Shown in pieces: positions 1 through 9,240 of a stretch of DNA of 42,746 nt. Source of the stretch: an uncultured Gemmatimonadota bacterium. Its GTDB lineage: Bacteria > GCA-2686955. The stretch spans positions 1 to 42,746 of the forward strand of contig CAZBBK010000048.1 in the NCBI GenBank assembly GCA_964490075.1, in the 5' to 3' direction. Position 1 is the stretch's first letter, and the number at the start of each line of letters is the position of its first letter. The notes below the pieces were generated by a model. It did not search any database. It was not told the DNA's origin and saw only the letters and a program-made list of their open reading frames with translations. A program made the translations under genes and the position numbers.

Positions 1-699
1 GTCGGGGTTGGGGTTGGAGTCGGGCGCGGGGTCGGGGTTGGGCGGGTCGATGCCGTGGGGGAGCAGCTCGAGGAGGGGCCGGGGAACGCCGAGATCGGCC
101 CACAGCTCGACCACCCGCGGCGCCGGCGCGATCACTCGGGCGAGGGAGCGCAGCGCCCGGGCGCGCACCCGCCACAGCAGCGCGATGTCGCGGCGGGGGG
201 CGCGGCGGCGCCAGGGGGCCCAGCGCATCCGGGCGTGCCGCGGAACGCCGAGGCAGGCGGCGCACTGCGTCGGATCGGGGGCGGCGCAGCGGCGGCCGTC
301 GGGGCGCACCATCTGGCCGCGCGGGCAGAAGGTCCACAGGTCGTGGGCGGTGAGGATGCAGGGGATGCCGGCCTGCCGCAGGGCGCTCGGCGCCGAGGCC
401 GAGAGGTTCATGAGGTGGTGGACGTGGACCAGGTCGGCGCGCCATTCGCGGGCCAGGGCGACGATCGCCCGGTCGACCGATGGGTCACCCCAGGGGGCGT
501 GGTCGGAGGCCGGCAAAGAGTGCTCCGGAAGGGCGTCGAGGCGGGGGCCGGGCGGCGCTTCGGTGGGGTGGCGGCCGTAGGCCAGAAGGGTGTCGTGTCC
601 CAGGTCCCGCTCGGCCCGCGCCAGGCGCTCGGCGTGCAGCTCGGTGCCCCCGGGAGCGCGCCGGTCGACCGGCCGGTGGACCAGGTGCAGGATTCTCAC
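1..699 (-). CDS. Glycosyltransferase family 4 (GT-B), N-terminal part; runs off the window edge
   Basis: Not in the ORF track. Manual translation from GTG at 699: MRILHLVH...PGGTELHAERLA...DLVHVHHLMNLS...ILTAHDLWTFCPRGQM. Start overlaps the TGA of the upstream gene (GTGA). Confidence 0.85.
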   Translation of the reverse strand, partial: MRILHLVHRPVDRRAPGGTELHAERLARAERDLGHDTLLAYGRHPTEAPPGPRLDALPEHSLPASDHAPWGDPSVDRAIVALAREWRADLVHVHHLMNLSASAPSALRQAGIPCILTAHDLWTFCPRGQMVRPDGRRCAAPDPTQCAACLGVPRHARMRWAPWRRRAPRRDIALLWRVRARALRSLARVIAPAPRVVELWADLGVPRPLLELLPHGIDPPNPDPAPDSNPNPD

Positions 700-998
700 G
701 ATCGGGTCCGGCGGCGCAGCCCTTGCAGCAGGCGTCTCCAGGGGCCGGGCGTGGGGGCGGCGTCCACGACCGATTCGGGCTCGGGGGCGAGCTCGGCCAT
801 CTGCAGCGCCACCAGGTGCCGGGCGCGTGTCTCGTGCCGCTCCTCGACCCACAGCGAGCCGGGGGTCGGGCCGCCGCCGCAGGAGAAGCCGGTGCCCGCG
901 GGGGCACCGCGCAGCTCGACCGGAATCCCCTCGTCCTCCAGGTGCTGGACCAGGTAGGAGAGCAGGATCGGATCGCTGCTTTCGAGAATCGAGGGCAC
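696..998 (-). CDS. Small DUF2007-like (putative signal-transducing) protein
   Basis: Pattern D-P-I-LL-x-Y-L-VQHLEDEGIPVEL...LWVEERHETRARHLV resembles DUF2007; translationally coupled to the GT4 gene. Confidence 0.65.
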   Translation of the reverse strand: MPSILESSDPILLSYLVQHLEDEGIPVELRGAPAGTGFSCGGGPTPGSLWVEERHETRARHLVALQMAELAPEPESVVDAAPTPGPWRRLLQGLRRRTRS

Positions 999-1139
999 CG
1001 CGGTGTCTTCTGGGTGGGTCCAATGCTCTCCTGGACATTAGCGGCTCCTGGGCGACGAGGGCTCAATTCGTGGCCACGCCGCGAGCCGTCGTCGATCAGC
1101 GGCCGCAACCTCTATCTCCGCCGCCGGAGTCGCGAGTTA

Positions 1140-1320
1140 CCCCTTCCCACCATCCTCGCCCCCGCCTTCCCCAACCCCTGCAACCCCCGCACCACTCTCC
1201 CCTTCCACCTCGCCGAGCCCACCAATCTGAGGCTGCAGATCCACGATCTGCGCGGCGCCCTCGTCCGCACCCTCGTGCACGGCCCACGTCCGGCCGGCGC
1301 CCACCAACCCCGCCTGAGCA
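1140..1320 (+). pseudogene. Orphan fragment of a FlgD-Ig / T9SS-like C-terminal sorting domain
   Basis: AFPNPCNPRTTLPFHLAEPTNLRLQIHDLRGALVRTLVHGPRPAGAH matches the PNPFNP...IYDLxGRLVRTLV...AGxH pattern; it has no upstream body and lacks the WDG end. Boundaries approximate. Confidence 0.65.
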
Positions 1321-1553
1321 ATCTCAGGCGCCGGGCGCGACCGCGCACAGACTCACACCCCTTCCTGAGGCGGGTCAGGTGCGCGGAACGGCCGCCTTGC
1401 TCTCGGCTCGTTCGCCCGCCACCCACGCGGTCCGCCCTGGATGTCCGGTGTCCGCGGGCCCCCGCCCCGGTCCGGCGTCGTGGCCCAGGGCCGGAATCCG
1501 GTCGCGACACGCGACTCCGCTCGAGAAGCTGAAGGTTGCGGCCAGATTCTGGT

Positions 1554-1693
1554 CACAACTCACCACTCTCGATCGAGAGTCGCGAGGTACGACGCGAATA
1601 CGGTCGTGGCTCCGGGTTCATCGCGATGAACGGCGGGTCATGACCGATATGCGGTCGTAGCTCCGCACTCTCGATCGAGAGGGGTGAGTTGTG
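1554..1693. repeat. 140-bp imperfect palindrome (70-bp arms, no loop)
   Basis: Arms align without gaps: 53/70 Watson-Crick pairs plus 3 G-U pairs on the + strand. Centre GTTCATCGCGATGAAC (1616-1631). Each arm carries its own palindrome CTCTCGATCGAGAG. Confidence 0.9.
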
Positions 1694-1839
1694 TCGCGGA
1701 ACGGCGTCATGACTCGCGGTTCCGGGCGCGGAGCAGGGCTTTGTGTCGGGGCCGGTGGGGTTCCCTCGGCCTCCGGGGATCCATCCGCGGTCGGGGGAGC
1801 GTTCTCGACCGCACTTCTTCGCGTGCCCCCGCCCCTGCC

Positions 1840-2010
1840 CTTGCCCGACTCCGTCAACGTTCCGGAGGACCATCTTCGCATCCTGGGCGCCTCATGGTTG
1901 GCGGCCGCGGAATCTCGTTCCAGACCGGAGAGAGCTCTGCGCCGGTTCTCGACGGTTTCGAGATCCGCGATGGAGGAGGGGGAATCGTCTGTTCTTCCGC
2001 GAGTCCCCAA
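1840..2010 (+). pseudogene. Remnant of a right-handed beta-helix (pectin-lyase-like) secreted protein
   Basis: DSVNVPEDH in one frame, then GRGISFQTGESSAPVLDGFEIRDGGGGIVCSSASP in another frame. Boundaries approximate. Confidence 0.5.
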
Positions 2011-2068
2011 CGAGGGCGAAGCCGCGCTTCTCGGGTGCATTCCCTGGGCCTTTCGGTACCATCCAGGA

Positions 2069-2440
2069 ATGGCTGGACCAACGCTGGTCACTGGCGGCAC
2101 TGGGTTCTTGGGGCGACACTTGGCCAAGCGCTTGCTCCTCGCGGGAGAGGACGTGCGGGACGCCGCCGCCGCCACCGCAGCGGCGATGGAACGTGGGCGG
2201 GTGGGTGAGCGCTATCTCCTGGGTGCGGCGAATTGGTCCATGCGAACGTTCATCGAACGGATCGGCGCAATCGCGGGGGTGTCGGTCCCCCGCTGGCCCA
2301 TCCCGGATCGCCCCACGCGGTGGGCCGCGCGCCGCCTGCATCCGGTGCTCGAAGCCCTCGGCCTGGGCGATGACTTGAACCCCGAGGACAACCAGCTCTC
2401 CCAGTGTTTCTTCTACTTTCGCAGCGACAAGGCGCGGGAA
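2069..2440 (+). pseudogene. Internally deleted NAD-dependent epimerase/dehydratase (HpnA/dihydroflavonol-reductase-like)
   Basis: LVTGGTGFLGRHL...GEDVR is joined directly to the late segment DAAAA...ERGRVGERYLLG...FRSDKAREE; the catalytic core including YxxxK is missing. Confidence 0.7.
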
Positions 2441-2449
2441 GAGCACTTG

Positions 2450-3363
2450 AACGTACTCGAGTGGGACGGTCCCGTTCTGGTCACCGGCGCGGGAGGGTTC
2501 ATCGGCCGACGGGTCGTTGCCCGACTGCTCCAGGAGGATGTCGAGGTGCGCGCCCTGTTGCTGAATGAGGAGCCGGCGCCCGGAGACTGAGCCGGGAAAG
2601 GCGAGCACCTGGCAGTGATCCGTGGGGATATCTGTGACAGCGATTCCGTTCTGGCGACAATCGAAGGTGTCGCTCGCGTGATCCACCTGGCGGCCCTGGT
2701 CGGCGACTGGGGTACCGAGGAGGCGTTTCGGCGCGTGACCGTCGGCGGCACGGAGAATGTCCTCGGAGCCGCGGCGGCGGCGGGCGTGCGCGCGGCCCCT
2801 ACGGCCGCTCCAAGCAAGCACAGGAGACGATTGCGCGGAGACTGGAGCGTGACGAGGGTCTGCGAATGAGCATCGTCCGGCCGGTAAACGTCTTCGGACC
2901 GGGCAGCGGGCCTTGGGTACGCGACGTCGCCGACCAGCTACGTTCCGGTCTTCCCACCTTGATCGCTGGCGGCGACCAGGATGCCGGTTTGACCTATGTC
3001 GACAACGTCGCGGAGGTGCTGGTGCGCGCGGCCGGTCATCCAGCCGCCGTCGGCCGCGTGTACAACGCGAACGACGCGCACGGCGTCACCTGGCGGCGAT
3101 ACTTCAGCGATCTGGCGGAGCTCATCGGCGCGCCGGATCCGCGCTCGCTCCCCCGATGGACGGCCGACGCCATGGCCACCGTCTGCGAGGCCATTTGGAG
3201 GGCATCCCGCCGCAAGGGCCGTCCTCCCATCACCCATGAGGCGTTGAACCTCGTCGGCTCGCACCACCGCGTGCCGATCGGCCGCGCCCGACGCGAGCTC
3301 GGTTATGAGCCGGGTGTCGCTTATGCGGAGGGCCTGGCCGCCGTCGCGGCCTCCCTGCGCTGA
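2450..3363 (+). pseudogene. Disrupted NAD-dependent epimerase/dehydratase (3-beta-HSD-like extended SDR)
   Basis: VLVTGAGGFIG, in-frame TGA at 2588-2590, VIHLAALVG, then a deletion/frameshift near 2790. PYGRSKQAQE (YxxxK) lies in the frame of ORF 2866-3363 (IVRPVNVFGPG, TYVDNVA, ARRELGYEP). Confidence 0.8.
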
Positions 3364-3840
3364 CTCGAATTCAGCGGCAAGGCGATCACGGTGAGCGGCA
3401 GCGCGTCGGGGGACTCGGTCATCGTGCGCGGCACGGTGGTCGACGCTGATGGCGCCGGCGCCGTCGTTGTCTTCTCCTCGGGCTAGGACTCCTCCTCGGT
3501 GCTCGCCGGCCTCACGCTGCCCAATGGAATCGGCGAGTATTGGAACGGAGATGGCGAGCGCGGTGGCGGCGGGATCCTCGTATCATCCTCTACGCTTCAG
3601 ATCGATGCTTCGGCGATTCGCGACAACCTCGCACGCAGGTTTGGCCAGGGAGGCGGCATCTACGGTGTGGACGCGGCCATCATCGAGCTTTCCGATGTTC
3701 AAGTCACCGGCAACGAGGCATACAACGGCGGTGGGATCGGTCTTTACGGATTCACGGGCATTTGCGATGTGCGGAATTCCACAGTCAACGACAATGAGGC
3801 GACCGGCGAAGGAGGAGGCATCTACCTCCACACACAGTCT
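3364..3840 (+). pseudogene. Fragment of a right-handed beta-helix repeat protein (GGGI repeats)
   Basis: LEFSGKAITVSG...VVDADGAGAVVVFSSG*DSSSVLAGLTL (TAG at 3484-3486 where Glu is expected), then repeated NxA...GGGIY units. Lacks both a start and a natural end. Confidence 0.7.
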
Positions 3841-4035
3841 CTTCGCCAAGGAGGGGTGCACGACGATCCGAGGCCGGGCGATCCTCGAGGCGGTACAGGA
3901 CCTGCTCTTTGCGGTGCGAAGAGCGCGGCCGAGCGCATCGGTCGTCTGGCGGTTTGCGTTTCGCCCTGGCGCACGAGGAATGACCCACGGCGCTTATGAT
4001 GGGCGTTGTGGCGTTGGGCCGAAAGGAACCACGAG

Positions 4036-7000
4036 ATGAACGAGCGCCGAATCGTGATCCTCCTGCTGGCGGCGCTGTCGATGGCGGTGCCGGCCGGTGC
4101 GGCCTATCGGCAGGGTTTCAATTGTGGTGACAATCGGAGTCGAACGACCGGGGATGGAGCCGTCTACGATGCCGATCGGCTCTACACGTCGGAGAACGGC
4201 GCGGGCCGCATCGGTGGCACCCCCCACCGTCCGGGCTTGCTCTCCGACGACTCCGACATCGGTGGGCTGGTCCCCGATGTGCAAGTGAATCGCCTGCTGG
4301 CTTCCCGCGTGGAGAGCTGGGACGAGTACCGCTTCGATGCTCCGCGCGGGCGCTACCTGGTTTCCCTGCACCTCCTTGAAACGGTTCATCACTGGCGCGG
4401 CCTGCGGCGTTTCTCGGTGGTCGCGGAGGGAACGACCCTCATCGACAGCCTGGACCTGTTCGACCGGGTCGATCGCCGCTATGCCCTGAACCTCCGGCGG
4501 GTCGTCGACCTCGTCGACGGACAGCTGAATCTGCACTGCTACGCCGACCTCGACCAGGGCGTGCTGCAGGGCGTGCACGTTGAGCGGCTGATGCCCGACG
4601 CCACGGCTCCGCCGATTCCGACCGAGCTGCGCACCATTGCGAGCTACGGCGAGATCGTGCTGCTCTGGGACGCGGTCTATGCGCGCGACCAGCTCGGGGT
4701 GCGCGTTTCTCGAAGCGATCTGACCGGCGGTGGTCCGGAGATCGAGCTGAGCCCCGAGCCGATGGTCGCGATTCGCTACCGAGATCGCGCGGTCGTGGCG
4801 GGGCACGAGTATCGCTATCGACTGACATCGGTGGATGCCTGGGGCAACGAAAGTGAATTCTCCGCGGCGGTCGTCGAGGTGCCGCTGCGCTCATCGGATT
4901 CGCCTCTGCGCGTCCACGAGTTCGAGATGGCGGAGGCCGACCTGGTCGACATGTACACCTACCGCCACCAGGATCATCTGCGACCCGCCCTGTACCAGAT
5001 CGAGGAGAGGCTCTGGCCCGACGCCGGCATGCGGCTCAGGGGAAACGACACTCGCAGCCTCAACAAGAAGAACTACAAGGTACGCGCGCCGAACGACGAT
5101 CCCTTCCCCCCTAATAGAACCAAGTTGAACCTGCAAGGCGAGTGGCGGATCCCCAGCCCGCTGCGACAGACAATTGGCTACAGGGTCTTCGAATGGGCGG
5201 GGGCGATGGCATCTCGAGCCGACTATCTGCACCTGGAGCGGAGTGGAGAGTTCATCGGTGTGTACGTCGATATCGAGCAAGTGGACGAGCACTTCCTCGA
5301 CAGCCGCGGCCTCTCGGGCACCATCTGGCGCGGAACCACCGAGCGTGAGGAAGCGATCTGCGTGCCCCTTCCGAGACTCGAAGACTACTTCCCGGTCTAC
5401 AGTCTCGAGGTCGGCGAATACGGCGACTACATATACTTGGATCGGTTGTTCCGGGTGGTGACCGAAACCGACGACGAGACTTTTCGCACCGAGATTCAGC
5501 AGCACCTCGACGTGGAGGGATTTCTGCGTTGGTACGCAGCGCATGCCCTGATTTCGAACTGGGACCATGTCATTCACAACTACTTCCTGTTCCGCAGCGA
5601 CACGACGGGTCTGATCACCTTTATTCCGTGGGATCTCGACCTGGCGTGGGAGCGTGTCAGACAGGCGATCGACTTTGGCACTCGGGACCACAAGTGGCTC
5701 TTCGTCGGCTGGAACCGGCTCTTCGACCGATTGATGCATCATCCACAGTACAAGCGGATCTACGCCACGACCCTGAACAAGCTCATGGCGGGACCGGTTC
5801 GGGAAGATTCACTCATAACCACGATCCTCGATGACCACGTTTTCCTGCGCTCCGAGGTCGAACGAGATCTATACAAGGCGGCCTGGGAGAGCATGGACGC
5901 GTACGATTCCGATTCCGACCGGCTGACCGAGTTCGTCGTCGAGCGATTCGAGAACATCAGGGAACAGCTGGTGGACTTTGCTCCCGACCCAAGCGTCAAT
6001 CTTTTTCTGAACGAGGCGCTGCGCTGGAATACGCGCGGCATCCGCGACGAAGCAGGTGAGACCGAGGCCTGGATCGAAATCCACAACTTCGGCATCGAGA
6101 CGCTCGATCTGAGTGGATTCGGCATCTCCGACGATCCACGGTCGCCTCTGTTGTGGTCGTTGCCCGCGGGATCGACCGTCGATGCGGGCGGCCACCTGCT
6201 CGTGTGGCTCGACGGCGAGCCCGGGGAGGGACCCATGCACGCCGATTTCCGCGCGGGTCGCGACACACGCGTGCTGCTGATCTCCAGGCCGGATGGAGCG
6301 CCGATCGACCACCTCTTGCTCCCCGAAGTGGCGCTTCCCGATATTGCCAACGCCCGTACGCCGGATGGTGGAGGATCGCTCCGTCCCGTCGCCCGGGCGA
6401 CACCCGGGGAACCGAACGACACAGCGCTCTGGCTCGATCTCGAGCTCGAGATCGCCACCGAGCTCATGGCGGGCGACACGGTCGCCGTGGAGGCGCGGGT
6501 GGAGAACAAGGGGCATCTCCCGGCGCGCGCGGAGCTGGAGATTTCGGTTGCTCTCGATCGACGCGAGGTGCCCCTTGCGCGACTTCCCCTCTCCGTGGGC
6601 GCCGGGCGAACATGGCGCGACACGCTGGGGGCGGCGCTTCCGCCCGGGCTGCCGGTGGTGCGACCGGAGCTGCGGGGGCGGTTGACCCTCGCCACCGGCC
6701 CGACCGCCGATCTGGAGCAAGTCGAGCTCCAGGTAAGAGATCCGCGGCCCATCGTGCTGGTGATCAACGAGCTCATGGCCGCGAACGACACCACCGTGGT
6801 CGACGAAGCGGACCAGTTCGACGACTGGTTCGAGATCTTCAATCCGGGACCCAGGAGTGTCGCGCTCGAGGGCCTCTATCTGTCGGACGATGCGGCGCTC
6901 CCCACCAAATGGCGCTTCGCATCTGGTCGGATCGGGCCGGGAGAGTACCTCGTCGTGTGGTGCGACGACGATACCGAGCAAGGTCCCGCCCACACCAGCT

Positions 7001-7182
7001 TCAAGCTCGATGCCGACGGCGAAGAGATCGGGCTCTACGACTACGACGCTCGCGCCAATGCCCCCATCGATCGCATCGTCTTCGGGAGCTTGCCGGCCGA
7101 CGCGTCGTTCGGCCGCTCACCCGACGGCAGCCCGAACCTGGTCGTTCTGCCGTGGGCAACGCCGGGCGCCCCGAATCCTTGA
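4036..7182 (+). CDS. Secreted CotH-family kinase with malectin, FN3-like, Ig-like and two lamin-tail domains
   Basis: AAAGGA RBS before ATG 4036; signal peptide MNERRIVILLLAALSMAVPAGA; malectin-like GRYLVSLHLLE...RRFSVVAEG; CotH motifs RLRGN, KKNYKV, NWDHVIHNYFL, PWDLDLAW; lamin-tail motifs LFLNE...WIEIHN and VINELMA...DWFEIFN...TPGAPN. Confidence 0.85.
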   Translation: MNERRIVILLLAALSMAVPAGAAYRQGFNCGDNRSRTTGDGAVYDADRLYTSENGAGRIGGTPHRPGLLSDDSDIGGLVPDVQVNRLLASRVESWDEYRFDAPRGRYLVSLHLLETVHHWRGLRRFSVVAEGTTLIDSLDLFDRVDRRYALNLRRVVDLVDGQLNLHCYADLDQGVLQGVHVERLMPDATAPPIPTELRTIASYGEIVLLWDAVYARDQLGVRVSRSDLTGGGPEIELSPEPMVAIRYRDRAVVAGHEYRYRLTSVDAWGNESEFSAAVVEVPLRSSDSPLRVHEFEMAEADLVDMYTYRHQDHLRPALYQIEERLWPDAGMRLRGNDTRSLNKKNYKVRAPNDDPFPPNRTKLNLQGEWRIPSPLRQTIGYRVFEWAGAMASRADYLHLERSGEFIGVYVDIEQVDEHFLDSRGLSGTIWRGTTEREEAICVPLPRLEDYFPVYSLEVGEYGDYIYLDRLFRVVTETDDETFRTEIQQHLDVEGFLRWYAAHALISNWDHVIHNYFLFRSDTTGLITFIPWDLDLAWERVRQAIDFGTRDHKWLFVGWNRLFDRLMHHPQYKRIYATTLNKLMAGPVREDSLITTILDDHVFLRSEVERDLYKAAWESMDAYDSDSDRLTEFVVERFENIREQLVDFAPDPSVNLFLNEALRWNTRGIRDEAGETEAWIEIHNFGIETLDLSGFGISDDPRSPLLWSLPAGSTVDAGGHLLVWLDGEPGEGPMHADFRAGRDTRVLLISRPDGAPIDHLLLPEVALPDIANARTPDGGGSLRPVARATPGEPNDTALWLDLELEIATELMAGDTVAVEARVENKGHLPARAELEISVALDRREVPLARLPLSVGAGRTWRDTLGAALPPGLPVVRPELRGRLTLATGPTADLEQVELQVRDPRPIVLVINELMAANDTTVVDEADQFDDWFEIFNPGPRSVALEGLYLSDDAALPTKWRFASGRIGPGEYLVVWCDDDTEQGPAHTSFKLDADGEEIGLYDYDARANAPIDRIVFGSLPADASFGRSPDGSPNLVVLPWATPGAPNP

Positions 7183-7192
7183 GCTCTCAGAG

Positions 7193-8140
7193 CTACCCCG
7201 GGCCGGTCGCCGCGTCCAACCCCTCGACCCGCGCCGCCGCCCACTGCGCCACCGAGAGCGCGGCGGCGTAGGGCGCGGCGCGCAGCAGCGCCGTGCCGCG
7301 CCGGGCCGGCGCGGTGGTGCGCCAGACGTAGCGCGCCATGTCGAGCCAGCCGCCGGCGGCGGCTCGGGGCAGGGCGGCGAGTGAAGGGACGGTACGCCAG
7401 CCGGTGAGTCGGATGATGTTGCGGTGGTCGGCATAGACGCGGCTCGAGTCGCGCAGCAGGCGGGCGGGATGGCTGTGGACGACCCGCGACTCGGGCACGA
7501 AGAGCAGCCGGCGGCCGGCGGCGATCACCCGCGCGCCGCGGTCCAGGTCCTCGCCGAAGTCGACGCGGCGCAGCGGGAAGCGCAGCCAGTCGGTGCGCCG
7601 GGCGCAGGAGCTCACGTCGTCGAAGAGCGCGATGGAATAGCGCTGATCCGGGCTGAGGTCGTTCCAGGCGCGACCGGGCGGCAGCTCTGCGCGGCGGCGC
7701 TCGGTGGCGCCGCCCAGCCAGTGGTGCATCTTCCAGCGCTCCAGGGGATCGGCGGCGGGGCGCACCAGCTGGCGGCTCCAGGCTCCCGCGGCGCGGGGGT
7801 CGGCGCTCAGCGCGTCGATCAGGGCCGCCAGCCAATGCCGGTCGGCCGGCAGCGCGTCCTGAGTCAGCAGCGCGACGAAGGGGGCGCGGGTGGCGCGGAT
7901 GCCGAGTGCGCGCGTCGCCCCATGGTTGAACGAGCCCGGCGGTAGGTCGATGACGCGCACGCCAGGGCGATCGAGGCGGCGGCGTTCGCGAGGGCGCGAG
8001 CCGCTGTCGACGCAGACCACCTCGGGCGGCGCGCATTCGTCGATTTGCTGGGCCAGCACCGCGTCCAGCACCGCGTCGAGGCGCTCGCCGCCGTTGAGGG
8101 TCGGGATCACGATCGCGGCGGCGCGGTCGCGATCCGTCAT
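7193..8140 (-). CDS. Glycosyltransferase family 2, rhamnosyltransferase-like
   Basis: IVIPTLNG, VDSGS, FNHGATR, LTQDALP, FGEDL, VVHSH motifs. Confidence 0.88.
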   Translation of the reverse strand: MTDRDRAAAIVIPTLNGGERLDAVLDAVLAQQIDECAPPEVVCVDSGSRPRERRRLDRPGVRVIDLPPGSFNHGATRALGIRATRAPFVALLTQDALPADRHWLAALIDALSADPRAAGAWSRQLVRPAADPLERWKMHHWLGGATERRRAELPPGRAWNDLSPDQRYSIALFDDVSSCARRTDWLRFPLRRVDFGEDLDRGARVIAAGRRLLFVPESRVVHSHPARLLRDSSRVYADHRNIIRLTGWRTVPSLAALPRAAAGGWLDMARYVWRTTAPARRGTALLRAAPYAAALSVAQWAAARVEGLDAATGPG

Positions 8141-9240
8141 CAGCGAACCTCGCGGGGAAGCTCGCCCGGCGCGATTCCCACCATCGGACCGTCGATCGCC
8201 AGCACTTTGCGATAGCGCTGGTTCTTGTAGCAGCTCTGGCAGCCGGCCGGCACCGCGGCGTTTCCGAAGTCGCGCCGATAGCGGCGGAACCCGTTGTCGT
8301 TCCAGCCGCCGGAGCGTCCGGCCAGACGCCCCAGGTCCTCCACGGCGTTGCAGCAGGCGCGCAGCGCGCCCTCCCTGGTGACGTAGAGGGTGGTCCAGGG
8401 CTCGGTGCAGATCGGGCCCGTGTCCGAGTCCCCTCGGGCGACGAAGACAGGATCGATCAAGGGCGACTCCAGGCCGATTCCGTGGCGCTCGGCGACGCCT
8501 CGCAGCGCCGCGACTCGCTCCGCGGCTTCGTCACGCTCCACCTGGTGGGCCTCGTAGAAGCGGATGTAGTCGGGATCGTCCTGCCACAGCAGCGGCTCCA
8601 GGTGCAGGAAGCGGGCTCCGAGATGGGCGCTCAGCTCGACCAGTTCCTCGAGCTCGTCGAGGTTCTTGCGCATCAGCACCGCGGCCACGACCAGCTCCGG
8701 CGCGCCCGCCTCGCTCATCAGCTCCTTCACGTTGTCGAGCACCATCGGCAGCGACGCGCCGCGGCGGATCGCCGCGAAGGTCTCCGGCCGTGCGGCGTCC
8801 AGCGAGACCACGATCTGGCTCAGCTCGGCCGCACGCAACCGCTGCGCCAGGGGCGGCGTCAGCAGCGTGCCGTTGGTGTTGAAGGTGACCCACGCTCCGC
8901 GCCGCCGCAGCTGCTCGACCATGCGCGGCAGGTCGGGGTGCAGGAGCGGCTCGCCGGTCCCCATCAGGTGGACCTTGACCGCCCGGCGCAGCAGCCCTTG
9001 GGCGCGCTCGAACACCGCCCAGGGCATCTGGCCGCGCTCGTCGAGCGGACCGCGGGCATAGTGGGCGTCGAAGGAGATGGCGCACATCGTGCAGCGGATG
9101 TTGCAGTCGCGCACCACTTCGAGGAAGGCCTCGACCGGGCGGTGGGCCACGCGCCGCCGTCCGGAGGCCGCCGCACGCGCCGCGACGCGCAGATTGGCGC
9201 GGCGTGCCGCGTTCGGGCCGGGCAGTCGGAGTCGGATCAT
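8140..9240 (-). CDS. Radical SAM protein with SPASM/twitch C-terminus
   Basis: Real start MIRLRLP at 9240 (ATGA overlap). CNIRCTMC, GTGEPLL, NTNGTLL, VSLDAA, C-terminal CTEPW...CC...CQSC. Confidence 0.88.
   Translation of the reverse strand: MIRLRLPGPNAARRANLRVAARAAASGRRRVAHRPVEAFLEVVRDCNIRCTMCAISFDAHYARGPLDERGQMPWAVFERAQGLLRRAVKVHLMGTGEPLLHPDLPRMVEQLRRRGAWVTFNTNGTLLTPPLAQRLRAAELSQIVVSLDAARPETFAAIRRGASLPMVLDNVKELMSEAGAPELVVAAVLMRKNLDELEELVELSAHLGARFLHLEPLLWQDDPDYIRFYEAHQVERDEAAERVAALRGVAERHGIGLESPLIDPVFVARGDSDTGPICTEPWTTLYVTREGALRACCNAVEDLGRLAGRSGGWNDNGFRRYRRDFGNAAVPAGCQSCYKNQRYRKVLAIDGPMVGIAPGELPREVR

Noticed and set aside
1554-1693. Palindrome as an integron attC site (AAC...GTT ends)
   Set aside because: Ends deviate from RYYYAAC/GTTRRRY, the arms have no extrahelical bases, there is one copy only and no integrase is present.
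2588-2590. In-frame TGA in the epimerase as a second selenocysteine or as evidence for TGA reassignment
   Set aside because: Not a Cys/redox position, the gene also has a deletion and frameshift, and TGA serves as a normal stop in many ATGA/GTGA overlaps in this window.
3484-3486. In-frame TAG as pyrrolysine or recoding
   Set aside because: It lies in a truncated fragment where GAG (Glu) is expected; TAG terminates csrA, fliC, flgM and accC normally.
3840-4000. Possible further gene fragment (FAKEGCTTIRGRAILEAVQDLL)
   Set aside because: Too short and has no recognisable motif.
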